Source: Carcharhinus amblyrhynchos (Eukaryota). Taken from it: 64,000 bases of DNA. A program made the translations under genes and the position numbers. The notes beneath the pieces were generated by a model, which had not been told where the DNA came from, searched no databases, and was given only the letters and a program-made list of their open reading frames with translations. Positions 53,293 through 64,000 of the stretch are shown here, piece by piece (the first letter of the stretch is position 1; every line of letters begins with the position of its first letter). Location of the stretch: positions 43,152,001-43,216,000 of the forward strand of contig OZ336876.1 of assembly GCA_965287045.1 (NCBI GenBank), in the 5' to 3' direction.

Positions 53293-54978
53293 TACTTGAA
53301 TATTACTAACATCCCTTGGCTCCTCTCTCAGGATTCTCTGTCAGTCCATTTCCAGAGCTGCCTGGACCCTATGTTCCCTCCTGGTGATTGTTTATCAGTG
53401 TCCCAGTGCATCAGATCCCTGGACCTGACATAATACTCCTCACTGCATGATTAAGGAGACCAAAATAATGCCCAATAGTGCAGCATTGACCTGAGTCATC
53501 ACAACAATTGGTAGGATTTTTCAATAACAGTTAGCTGCATGCAATCCTGCATTGGAGCCAAAAACAGGAGTGGTGACTTTACTTTAGTCAATGGTGGAAT
53601 ACAACAAAGTATATTCCAGGTGATGCCCAATTAAATGGTTGCTACTAGAGTTACCATTCCAATTAAGAATGGCAGCCTGCTTTCATGTGGCTAACAGTGG
53701 CCATTCCAGTTGCAAAGAAAGGATGTCTCAATGGATGAGACAGAGGGGTCAATGGGATTGAGGGAAGTGCTGGGGGCAGTCAGGTCCTTAAAATTGTGAG
53801 GGGAGAGGGAGCGTAGGCTTGGGGGTTATAGATGCTGCTTGGCTGGCCATTGGCACATAGGGTGGGGTGAGGGAGCTCTCTGTGGACTTTGAAAGAAAGG
53901 AGATGAACCTGCCAGCTCCCAGACCCTGCTGAGATGTCACCAGGTTTCACTGAGTGGTCTGCCCGTGCAGCAACAGCTCCCTGCAATGTGGGCAACATGT
54001 CTGTAGAGATGGGAAGTGGTCCTTAATTAGTCCTATAAGCAGCTTTTTTAGGCTTCCACTAAGCAGCCAATCTGTCATCTTTCCAATCACTAACAAAGTG
54101 GCATTTATCCAAGCAACAATATATCTTGGGGTAAATACACACCCTATTCAGGCACTTTGGAATGACAAGACAGGAAATAACAGAATGCCCATTGCATAAA
54201 AAATGTATTTGAAGTGAAATGTTTTAATTACAGGCTGCTATCTATTAAGAAAATTGGTTTTAAGTTTTGTTATTATTGAGAATTCCTTTTAAGGTAAAGG
54301 AATGTGGCACATCACAGTGATTGATATCAGAGTTAATCTCCAAATCTATGCATTTCCCCAGGTTTTGCAGTTCTATATTGTTTGCTTTGACAGTTCCAGG
54401 AGTCTCAATGATGAAAAGAATCAAGAAACAACACTTGCGCACACTAACAGCTGAAATCTATGAAATATGTACTGTATCACTACAGTCACTGGCAATTAAA
54501 TTGAGCTAAATGACCCTGACCTTAAGTGATAAGGGCTATTTAAAGCATTCTGTGCATAACAGTTAATTATTTGTATTGCATACAATTGATTTTTAATTAT
54601 TACCATCTTTGTTTCAGTTTGGGACCTACATTTTCTGAAAGGACTCCGAACTGTTTGCTGTGGACAACAAAATACGAATTCTATTGTCAAACCTTTAACA
54701 TTTGTCCTGAAGATGCAGAGGAGTAAATATTTCCTTTATGAGTTGCCATGTGATAAAACCACATACTTTTGTAATTACTATTTAACATTTTATTCATCAG
54801 CAGTGATGTGGAATGCACAAAATTAGGAATTTCTGGTTAATTAAGTTCCATGGTATGTATATTAAACATCCGTGTAAGCTTGAATATCAAATTCATTTTC
54901 ATTTGGCTTTCTACATTGTGAGAACGTTATACATAACAAAAAAAATTGGGTTTAGTGCCCATATCTATACATGAGATA

Positions 54979-55020
54979 GTGTGTGTGTGTGTGCACATGT
55001 GTACACACTGTGCGAGAGAG
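54979..55020. repeat. (GT)n/(GA)n microsatellite
   Basis: gtgtgtgtgtgtgtgcacatgtgtacacactgtgcgagagag. Confidence 0.75.
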
Positions 55021-55759
55021 ATAAAAAAATTTGCTTTCATTTGTTATTTGTATGTGGGAAACCCTGACACAGCACTATTTATTGTACACCCCGAGTTGCC
55101 CTGAGGACAAGTCAACCATCTGGTGAATCAAGTTTATATCAGACTAAGTAACGATTGCAGGTTTCCTTTTCTGAAGGATATGTTGGGATTTAAAGATAAT
55201 GCAGCAATAATGTGCACTGAAAATATAAAGCTAAGGCTGGAGAAGGGCAAAGTCAGCTCCATCATGCCAGGATTTCACATGTTTTTTGACCTCAATTACT
55301 AAACAGTATTTTTGTGTTAATTAAGTTGGGAAGTTTTTGGGCTAGATTTTGTGCTCCCTTGCCCCTTTGTTTATAGGTGGATGGTACTTGCAAAATGCAA
55401 GATTTTGGCCTTCCCATAACTTTCCCAACAACCTGTCTCCTACTTTACGGGGAAAAGTTGAAGCATCCAGTGCCATGCCTGTCCTTGATGTAGGAGTCTA
55501 TTGAGGCCTCTAAGTGGTACTCTCTTCCCAGAGTTACATCTTTCACCTTCCCCATCCACCGCACAACCCTCCTGTAACCCCTTTATCTCCCTCGCTGGGA
55601 CCTGCCAAGCAGGCCCAGCTGATACATCAGGTTAACCTTCAGTCCACCCTTCATAACTACCTCTTCTTTGGGAACTAGCTATTGTCCCAGTAGTGACCAC
55701 CACTCGATCCTGGCACCATTGGGACCACAGAGCTGTTGGCCAATCACATTTTTTAATAA

Positions 55760-58440
55760 TTAATTTTGCAGGATGTGGGTGTTGCTGGTTAGGCCAGCAT
55801 TTATTGCCAATCCCCAGTTGCCCTCGAGAAAGTGGTGGTGAGCTGCCTTTTTGAACCGCTGCAGTTCCTATGGTGTAGGTGCACCCACAATGATGTTAGA
55901 CAGGGTGTTCCATGACTTTGAACTAGGGAGAGTGAGGGGATGGTGGTATATTTCCACGTTAGGATGGTGGGTGATTCATTCTAGATGTTAGTGGTCATGA
56001 GTTTGGAACTTTGATGGTATGTGGTACACATTGCTGCCAGTGTTGGGGGGATTGAATATTTGTGGAACAGGTAGCAATCAGGCAGGCTGCTCTGTCCTGG
56101 ACGACGTCAAGCTTCTTGAGTGTTGTTGGAGCTGCACTCATCCAGGAAAGTGGAGTGTATTCTATCAGACTCCTTGAGATTTGTAGATGGCAGATAGGCT
56201 TTGAAGTGTTAGGAGGCAAGTTATTCACTGCAGGGTTCCTAGCATTTGACTTGCTCTTATAGCCGTAATATTTATATGACTAGTCATTTCAGTTCTTTGG
56301 TCAAAGGTAACCCCCAGGATGCTGAAAGTGAAGAATTCCATGATAGTAATGCCACTGAATGACCATAGCAATGGTTATATTCTCTTTTGTTGGAGATGGT
56401 CATTGCCTGGACTGATGTGGCATGAATGTTACTTGCCATTTGTGAGCCCAAGCTGGATATGACCCAGGTCTTGCTGCATTTGGAAATGAACTGCTTCAGT
56501 GTCAGAGTCGTTGTGAACACTGCTGAACATTGTGCAGTTATCTATGAAAATCCTCACTTCTGGTCTTATGATAGGAAGAAGGCTACTGATGAAGCAGCTG
56601 AAGACAGTTGGGCCCTCGGGAACTCCTACATATACTGGACTTTCCAAAATGCATTACCTCATATTTGTCTGGATTAAACTCCATCTGCCATTTTTCCGTC
56701 CTAGTCTCCAGCCAGTCTATATCTTGCTTATCCTCTGACAATCCTCTTCACTATTTGCAACTCCACAAATTTTTGTGTTGTCTGCGAAATTACTAATCAG
56801 ACCAGCAGCATTCTCCTCCAAGTCATTTATATACACTGTGAACAACGAAGGTCCCAGAACTCATCTCTGCGGAACACCATTAGGTACAGCCTTCCATTCA
56901 GAAAAGCATCCCTCCACTACTATCCTCTGTCTTCTGTGGCCAAGCCAGTTCTGTATCCATCTTGCCAGCTCTCCTGTGATTGTGTGATTTCACCTTTTGT
57001 ACCAGTCTACCATGACAAGGGCTTTACTGAAGTCCAAGAATACAACATCCACTGCCTTTCCCTGATATCATCTTCGTCACCTCCTCGATAAACTCGATCA
57101 AGTTAGTGAGGCACGACCTCCCTTTCACGAAACCATGCTGTCTATCACTAATAAGTCTGTTTGTTTCCAAGTGTGAATAAATCCTGTCTCTAAGAATCTT
57201 TTCAAAAAATTTCTGTGCCACTGAACTAAGGTTCACTAGCCTATAATTTCCTGGATTATTCCTGCTGCCCTTCTTAAACAGTGAAACAACATTGGCTATT
57301 CTCCAGTCCTCTGGAATTTCACCTGTAGCCAATGAGGATGCAAAGATTTCTGTCAAGGCCCCAGCAATTTCCACCCTTGCCTCCCTCAGTATTCTGGGGT
57401 AGATCCCATCAGGCCATAGCAGTAATGCTGCATAACACAATAGAGAGTATCCCCAATGTGAAGAAGGGATTTTGTCTCTGCAAGGGCAATGCGGTGCTCA
57501 CTGATCCATAGATGAATTTCTCCATGACATTATCAGAGTGCAAGGCAGCTTGATGAGGATCTGCCTGTTGTTGGTTTCAACAGTCAACCTCTTATTTGCT
57601 CCCTTAACACCTGCCACAATCTAGCAGTGATGTACTTAAGGACCTGAACAGCTCAGCTTGTGGCAGTATTATTGAATCCTTTTGATGATGGACTTTGAAG
57701 TCCCCATCCCAGAATACATTCTGTGCTCTTTCCACCCTTAGTGGTTCTTCCAAGTAGTGTTCAACATGGAGGAGTACTGATTCATTAGCTGAGCAACGTG
57801 ATAATCAGCAGTAGGTCTCCTTGCCCATGAATAATCTGGTGCAATGAGACTCCATGGGGTCCAGGGTTGATGCTAAGGACTCCAGGGAAATTCCCTTCCT
57901 ACTGTATACCAATGTGCCATCACCTCTGTGAGGCAACATACCTAGGAATGGTGATGATGTCTGGGATATTATTTATAAGGTATGATTCTGTGAGTACAAC
58001 TCTGTCAGGCTGTTCCTTGACTACACTGTGGGACAGCTCTGGCAATTTTGGCACAAACCCCTGATGTTAGTAAGGAGCACTTTGCAGGGCTGAGTTTGCT
58101 GTTGCCGTTTCTGGTGCCTACGTGGTCCAACTGGTTTCATTCCTTTGTGTTTTCTTTATAATAGTTGAAAACAAATGAGTGGCATTTCAGAAGGAATTTA
58201 AGAGTCAACCACATTGCTGTGGTTCTGGAGTCACATGCAAGCCAGACCGGGTAAGAACGGCAGTAGCGAATCAGATGGGTTATTATGACAATTGATAATG
58301 GTTTCATGGTCGTCAGTGGATTCTTAATTCCAGATGTGTATTGAGTTTAAATTCCACCATCTGTCCTGATGGGATTTGAACTTAGATACCTAGGGAATAC
58401 ACTGGGTCTTTGGATTACTAGTCAACTGAAGTACCGCTGT
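55760..58440 (-). mobile_element. Decayed APE-RT LINE (CR1/L2-group family distinct from HER1-like CR1)
   Basis: GVPEGPTVFSCFISSLLPIIRPEVRIFIDNCTMF (RT core, decayed FADD) and EYTPLSWMSAAPTTLKKLDVVQDRAACLI; endonuclease-like remnants at 57420-58100. Confidence 0.75.
56630..57415 (-). mobile_element. CR1 RT fragment nested in the preceding LINE
   Basis: PDGIYPRILREA...IPEDWRIANVVSLFKKG...NYRLVNLSS...QHGFVKGRSCLTNLIEF, then GVPQ...LGP.LF.VYINDL...FAD.TK. Confidence 0.92.
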
Positions 58441-58739
58441 GCCCCTTAGGAGGGGGCCAGTAGCTTTCTAAGGCGGGCCTTCCTGCCCAAATGGTGCAGA
58501 ACTCTCATCTTGAGTCCATTAACTCCCCACTGAGTGCAACTTGTAGGCAGCAAACTCTTTCATGGGCATGTTCCCGACTGACATTGAGTCAATGGAGGGT
58601 GCAGGGAATGTGTAAAATACAGCCCTCCATTTGGGAAGTGTGAATAACTTAACTTGGAAATTACATAGCAGTTCCTCCAATATTCCATTTCTAGGTTTGT
58701 AACATCATTGTGAATTAACATATTTACTTAACCCCTTTT

Positions 58740-58997
58740 ATGACCACAGCATGACCAAAGGCACTTCACAAGTGATTAATTACTTTTTGAAATGTACTTG
58801 CTGTTATATAGACAAAAGCAACAGCTAATTTTGTTCAAGATCCAGCAAATAGTAATACGCAGTTTTAAAAGATCTTACCGGCCATTCACACCACACTCCC
58901 ACTGCACGGAAGGAGAATTTGGTGCCCAGTCAAATCTCTGTTCACTGCCGTGGGATGGGACAATTCCGCCAGACTGAATGGTGGTAACATTCTGGCC
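58740..58997. mobile_element. DeuSINE 3' fragment (minus strand) adjoining a MITE related to 4546-4664
   Basis: caaaggcacttcaca...tactttttgaaatgta...gatccagcaaatagtaat, then ccggccattcacacc...cactgc...gagaatttggtgcccag...cattctggcc. Confidence 0.5.
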
Positions 58998-60279
58998 AAA
59001 ACCTTTTATTGCTGTCTTTGTATGTAACCTTGTGTTGGTTTGCCTGCACCCTTCCTGTTTACTTTATCTAAGTAAATCTAGATGGTCAATTTGGAATCTG
59101 AGTCTCACTTGAGTGTGGTGTACTCATACATCTTCCAAGGGGCTTGGACAGAAATAAGATCAAATTGGGTACTACTTTTTTGGGACCATGTGAAGTTACT
59201 AGATACCTATAAAGAGGAAAGTCAGCCTTTGATGTTTTGGGGACAGTAATTGTCTTATTCAGATCTGGCAGCCTGATCTGATGCTTTTTAAGGACTGTTT
59301 ACACTGGTTCAAAATAGGGTGTGCAATCCGTGAAGCCAATCCTGCACATAGAACGCATTTAACTAAACTGATATAAAAGATTAAAGTTTATAAACTGACT
59401 AATCATAGGAAATTTGCCAATTTTCATTTCCCAGGACTTGTAACTGAACTTTTAAAACAAGCTTGAGCAGCAAGGGAATTATTCATATTGCATGTAGACA
59501 TAATGGATTAACTACACGCATAAGCTAACCAAGAAATAGCAGGAATAATCAGACACATAATGGCATATGGTTGTTTAAATTTAACTGCCTGTCCTGTTCA
59601 TTGAACCCCTGTGGTCAAGCCATTAATAGGACTTACAAATCAACATGACAAGTCATGACAATGGTTCCGCTGAGTCTAGACCAGTGCCCTTGTCTGTTGG
59701 AAAAGTTAATAGCAAAATTGTCATTGGAATGAATACAATTCATTACCCTGATGACATCAATAAGCCCGGAATTTGTGCATTAATGCTTAAAACATCGAAC
59801 AGAATTAAGACATTATTTCCACACCAGTTTTAGCAGCTAACGAATGTGTAAGTTTCAAAAGACATTCAGTTTTCAAAAAGGCTAATAGGCTCTGTTATAT
59901 TTCAATAATGTGTGCCAGTTGAAAAACACTCACTGTGACTGTTTGTCTATGCAGAAAAGACAAGATTAAAATGTTACCCCCCCCCCCTCAAAAAAAGGGT
60001 TGTCTTAATCACTGTCATAATTATGATCTCTGTAGGAAAAGAAGGATGCATTAGGGACAGCCTTTGGCAACTTGCAAGGTAAATATGGGCAGACCTGTTC
60101 ATCTGTGTACATGGGACATATCCTCAGAGTGATCATTCCAGCAATTATTGTTGAAATTAAGGAGAGTCAAAGGGAACAGTGTCTGTGGGAACCAGCTGAA
60201 ATTGAAGAGAGTTAGAGAACAGTGTATGCAAGTACTGTTTAAAATTAAAGCGAACAATGTATTGACATTTTAAAGTTTA

Positions 60280-60603
60280 AATTTGAAGTTTATTTATTCA
60301 TGTCACAAGTAGGCTTATATTAACACTACAATTAAGTTATTATGAAAATCCACCCTGCCCTCTCCCCTATCCTTGCACATTTACCATGGCGAACTGCACA
60401 ACTGTTGGCCACTATGAGGCAATTAGCATGGCCAAGCCACCTAACCTGCACATTTTTGTACTGTGAGAGGAAACCAGAATACCTGGAAGAAACCCACAAA
60501 GACACAGAGAAATTGCAAACATTACACAGACAGTGATCCAAGGCTAGTATTGAGCCCGGGTCCCTGGCATTTGGAGGCAGCAGTAGTAACCACTGTGCCA
60601 CAG
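60280..60603 (-). mobile_element. V-SINE (tail type B)
   Basis: tttatttattcatgtcacaagtaggcttatattaacact...aaacccacaaagacac...gcagcagtagtaaccactgtgccac. Confidence 0.85.
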
Positions 60604-60679
60604 TGTCACCCAGTAAGTTTCAGCTCACATGAAGTCTCATGGAATCAAGTAAAACATGGGAAGCTGAATACCGCATTCA

Positions 60680-60967
60680 TGGTGGCATTGTTGTTTTGCT
60701 GCCTCACAGCACCAGGGGCCCAGGTTTGATTTCCGGCTTGGGTCACTGTCTGTGAGGAGTCTGCATGTTCTCCCCGTGTCTGCATGGATTTCCTTCTGGT
60801 GATCCAGTTTCCTCCCACAGTCCGGAGATGTGCAGGTTAGGTACATTGGCCATGCTAAGTTCTCCCTCAGTGTACCCGAACACTGGAGTGTGGCTGCTGA
60901 GGGATTTTCACAATAACTTTATTGCAGTGTTAATGTAAGCCTCCTCATGACACTAATGAATAAATAA
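60680..60967 (+). mobile_element. V-SINE (tail type B)
   Basis: gctgcctcacagcaccagggg...ggcttgggtcactgtctgtg...gggattttcacaataactttattgcagtgttaatgtaagcc...aataaataa. Confidence 0.9.
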
Positions 60968-60974
60968 CCTTAGA

Positions 60975-61815
60975 TTTAAACACTAATAGTGGTAAGGGCA
61001 CAGAATTTAATATCCATCACCAACAGTAATATCACTACAGACCAAGCTGGCGAGGTCCTAAAGGACATAGCTGCCTGACTGGAGCTGCGCCAAGTGGTGA
61101 GGATACCAACTACAGGGAAAAACAGACTCACCAATCTGCCTGCCACAGATGCATTTGTTAATGACAGTATTAGTAGGATTGCCCACCGCACAGTTCTTGT
61201 GGAGGTGAAGTCCTGTCTTCACATTGAGAATACCCTGCATCATGTTATGTGGCACTACCACCATGCCAAGTCTGCCACAGATTTAAAGCAGAACTAGCAA
61301 CTGGGCATCCATGACACATTGTGGAGAAACAGCAGAAACAGAACTGTACTCAATCACAATCTGTAATCTCATAGCTCAGTATATCTCCCACCATTCGAAT
61401 ACAACAACGCCAGGACAATAATCCTGGTTCAATAAATCATGCAGGAGGGCATGCCAGGAGCTGTATCAGGCATAACTGAAAATGAGGTGTCATCCTGGTG
61501 AAGCTATAATGCTTACATTTCAAACAGCAGAAACAGCAAGTGAAAGATAGAGCTAAGCAATTTCACAACCAATCTCTGCAGTTCAGCCATATCCATTCAC
61601 CCACTGAATTGTGGTGGGCAAGTAAACGGCTCACTCGAGAAGGAAGTTCAAATATCCCTATCATCAATGATGGAGGAGCCCAGCACATCGGTGCAAAAGA
61701 CATGGCTGAAGCATTTGCAACCATCTTCAGCCAAAAGTGCCAAGTGGATGATCCATCTTGGCCTCCTCTGGAGATCCCCAGCTTCACAGTCTTCAGCTAA
61801 ATTCAATTCACTCCA
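60975..61815 (+). mobile_element. LINE endonuclease-end/linker fragment (same family as 55760-58440)
   Basis: VRIPTTGKN..TNLP....VNDSISRIAHRTVLV (cf. PTR..N.LDL...SDH) and AKDMAEAFATIFSQKC (cf. KAE.F..FF). Confidence 0.7.
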
Positions 61816-61871
61816 CCAAGGCCTTGCTTCGGTGATATCGTCTGTGAGTCCTAGGAGGGTAGCCATGATGA

Positions 61872-61921
61872 CCAAATAAACCTGTTGGACTTTACCCTGG
61901 TGTTGTGAGACTTCTTACTGT
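61872..61921 (+). mobile_element. Single arm of family A repeat
   Basis: ccaaataaacctgttggactttaccctggtgttgtgagacttcttactgt. Confidence 0.8.
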
Positions 61922-62179
61922 CCTTGGAGCGGCTCCATCTGATACAACAAAATAAAAAAAAGTGTGGCCTGGAGATAGAGAGAGGGTGCAAGGAGGGGGA
62001 ATCCTGAGCCAGCAACTCGCCCAAATCATCAGTGGTGTCCTGTTCAACTTGCAACGGAATTGCAGATTGGCCTAAGCATTCCACTACACATCCACATGAA
62101 CATAACCAGAAATACCTCAGATGAGGAACATAGTCATCTTTGCCTCAAGGGACAAAGAAGATCAACCCACTATTGTCCT

Positions 62180-62348
62180 TTAGGGAAGGAATTTTGCCAT
62201 CCTTACCTCGTCTGGCCTACATGCAATGTGGTTGACTCTTAAGTACTCTGAAATGGCCTAGCAAGCCATTCAGTTCAGGCAATTAGGGGTGGGCAATAAA
62301 TGTTGACCCAGCCAATGATGCCCACATCTCATTAAAGAATAAAAAAAG
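62180..62348 (+). mobile_element. LINE 3' tail fragment
   Basis: gcaatgtggttgactcttaa...ggcaattaggggtgggcaataaatgttgacccagccaatgatgcccacatc...aataaaaaaa. Confidence 0.7.
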
Positions 62349-62866
62349 CGGGAAGGTGTCAGTTCATCTACTTACACCTGAAACTTCAAGCAAGTTCTTT
62401 CTACATCCAGAATGGAGTTGTTTCTGCTGATAAGCTTTTCCTAGAATCTTACAGCACAGGAGGAGGACATTTGGCCCATCATGCCTATGCTAGTTCTTTT
62501 AGAGAGCTATCCAACTATTCCAGACCCTTCTCTTTATGCACTGGCTTGTATTTAAAAATTAATCAAGAAAATATTTAAATTGACTGAAGCATAGAAGTCA
62601 ACTTCCCACTGTCGATCATGCACTATTCTTAGTACTGCACTGACATTTTGTCATACATTTGGTTCTCTTAAGCAATTCTAAAATTATTTAACTATATATT
62701 AGATTTTCATGAACCTGTGTTGTTAATAGTTCCAGAGGTTCAATTTCCTGCTTTTCCTTACTTAGAAGGAACAGTTGAAGATGTACAAACAGAATGGTCT
62801 TTTGTTCCAAACCTATCATTTTATCTGCACACTTGTATGTTCATTCTATACTGACAAATATACTCA

Positions 62867-63091
<225 letters not shown>

Positions 63092-64000
63092 TTAAAAACA
63101 ATTTAAATCACATAAAATAGGATGGATTCCAAACAAGGCGTTCTTGCCTGAAAGTTTAGAGGTCTTAAGTTTACTATTATATTGATAATGAATAACCCAT
63201 TACTTTAGATGGATAAAAACAATCTGAGAACATGTTTTGTTACAAATATGAATAAGATTGTTATGTTTTGGGACAGTCTCTCTAATTTAAGGTAAAGGTA
63301 AAATGGAGTACTGTTGGGGGGGAGGTGGGAATGGTTACGTCACCTGCCTGACAAGAAACTCACACGGCTTGGAGGCTATGGGGACAAAGGAGGTCCAGGT
63401 TAGCTCACTGGAAAGACGCTGGATGTTCAAACTGCAGATAATAGCATGAGGAGCAGTGCTGACTGTGGATAGGCTGTTGGTCTAAGTCTCACAGAGATAT
63501 ATTAAGAATGTAAAGCTTTATAAGGAGTAATATTTAAAACTCATTGTTTAATTCCAACATAGAATGGGATTGAAGGGCCAGAATTTGGCTATTTAGCATT
63601 TCTACCTAGAGACAAGGCCAATGCGATTCACACTGCTATTGCTTTGGGAAGGAGAGGAAAGTAAATAGAACACCATTGTGATATCAGTTTGTAGTTTTCA
63701 AGTTGCATCAGTGAAATTCACAGACATAAATACACTTCGAGGTTCTGAGAGACAGAAAGAGCAGAAACATAGGGCATCCAGTCGTGTACTAAAGCAAAGA
63801 AAATGCTGATTTTGTTAGCCACCAAGCAAAGCCGAGGCAGAAGCTTGAATTCAGGCTGAAAAGACAGTTTGTGAGAATTTAAAGGAGGTTGGAGGATTTG
63901 CCTGGCTTGGGCTAACAGGAGAAATCTCCATCATAATCCAAACATTGATGGTCACTTCTTGTATTAGAAGTTACCCAACTGGGAAAAGAAAAATGAAGTA

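Larger units (their letters stand above)
55339..58625. mobile_element. GGGC-TIR non-autonomous element acting as host for nested LINEs
   Basis: Ends gggctagatttt ... aaaatacagccc (10/12 inverted match); the GC-rich body at 55339-55745 resumes at ~58445. Confidence 0.45.

Noticed and set aside
59977-59996. Poly-C followed by poly-A run
   Set aside because: Simple homopolymers with no supporting context.
63344-63431. Possible extra KLHL29 exon (ctgcag acceptor; gtgagt or gtgacg donors)
   Set aside because: Translations do not resemble the BACK-to-kelch linker expected before [12 protein letters not shown]; splice-like words alone are insufficient.

Overview
This is eukaryotic, AT-rich, repeat-dense vertebrate DNA. 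The repeat families (HE1/V-SINE-like tRNA SINEs, SacSINE1-like DeuSINE, abundant CR1 LINEs) point to a cartilaginous fish (shark or ray). The window holds the 3' part of one minus-strand gene, KLHL29 (kelch-like 29). Five coding exons (62908-63090, 51696-51876, 37235-37428, 34275-34419, 1848-2031) join through GT-AG introns in consistent phase into the kelch repeats, ending ...[13 protein letters not shown]. The rest is intron or 3'UTR filled with decayed transposons: CR1, L2, Rex1/Babar, RTE-BovB, SINEs, Harbinger remnants and MITEs. Nearly all other listed ORFs are spurious or TE fragments. There is no prokaryote-type system and no CRISPR array. The most notable signals are: (i) two families of short repeats carrying degenerate minimal hammerhead-ribozyme cores of the Penelope-element type, one arranged as head-to-head palindromes with target-site duplications; (ii) a near-perfect 157-bp local inverted duplication abutting a Harbinger transposase; (iii) an older ~300-bp inverted duplication; (iv) a two-gene Harbinger fossil (DDE transposase plus Myb/SANT-like ORF). 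Repeat boundaries and family names come from visual recognition and are approximate.
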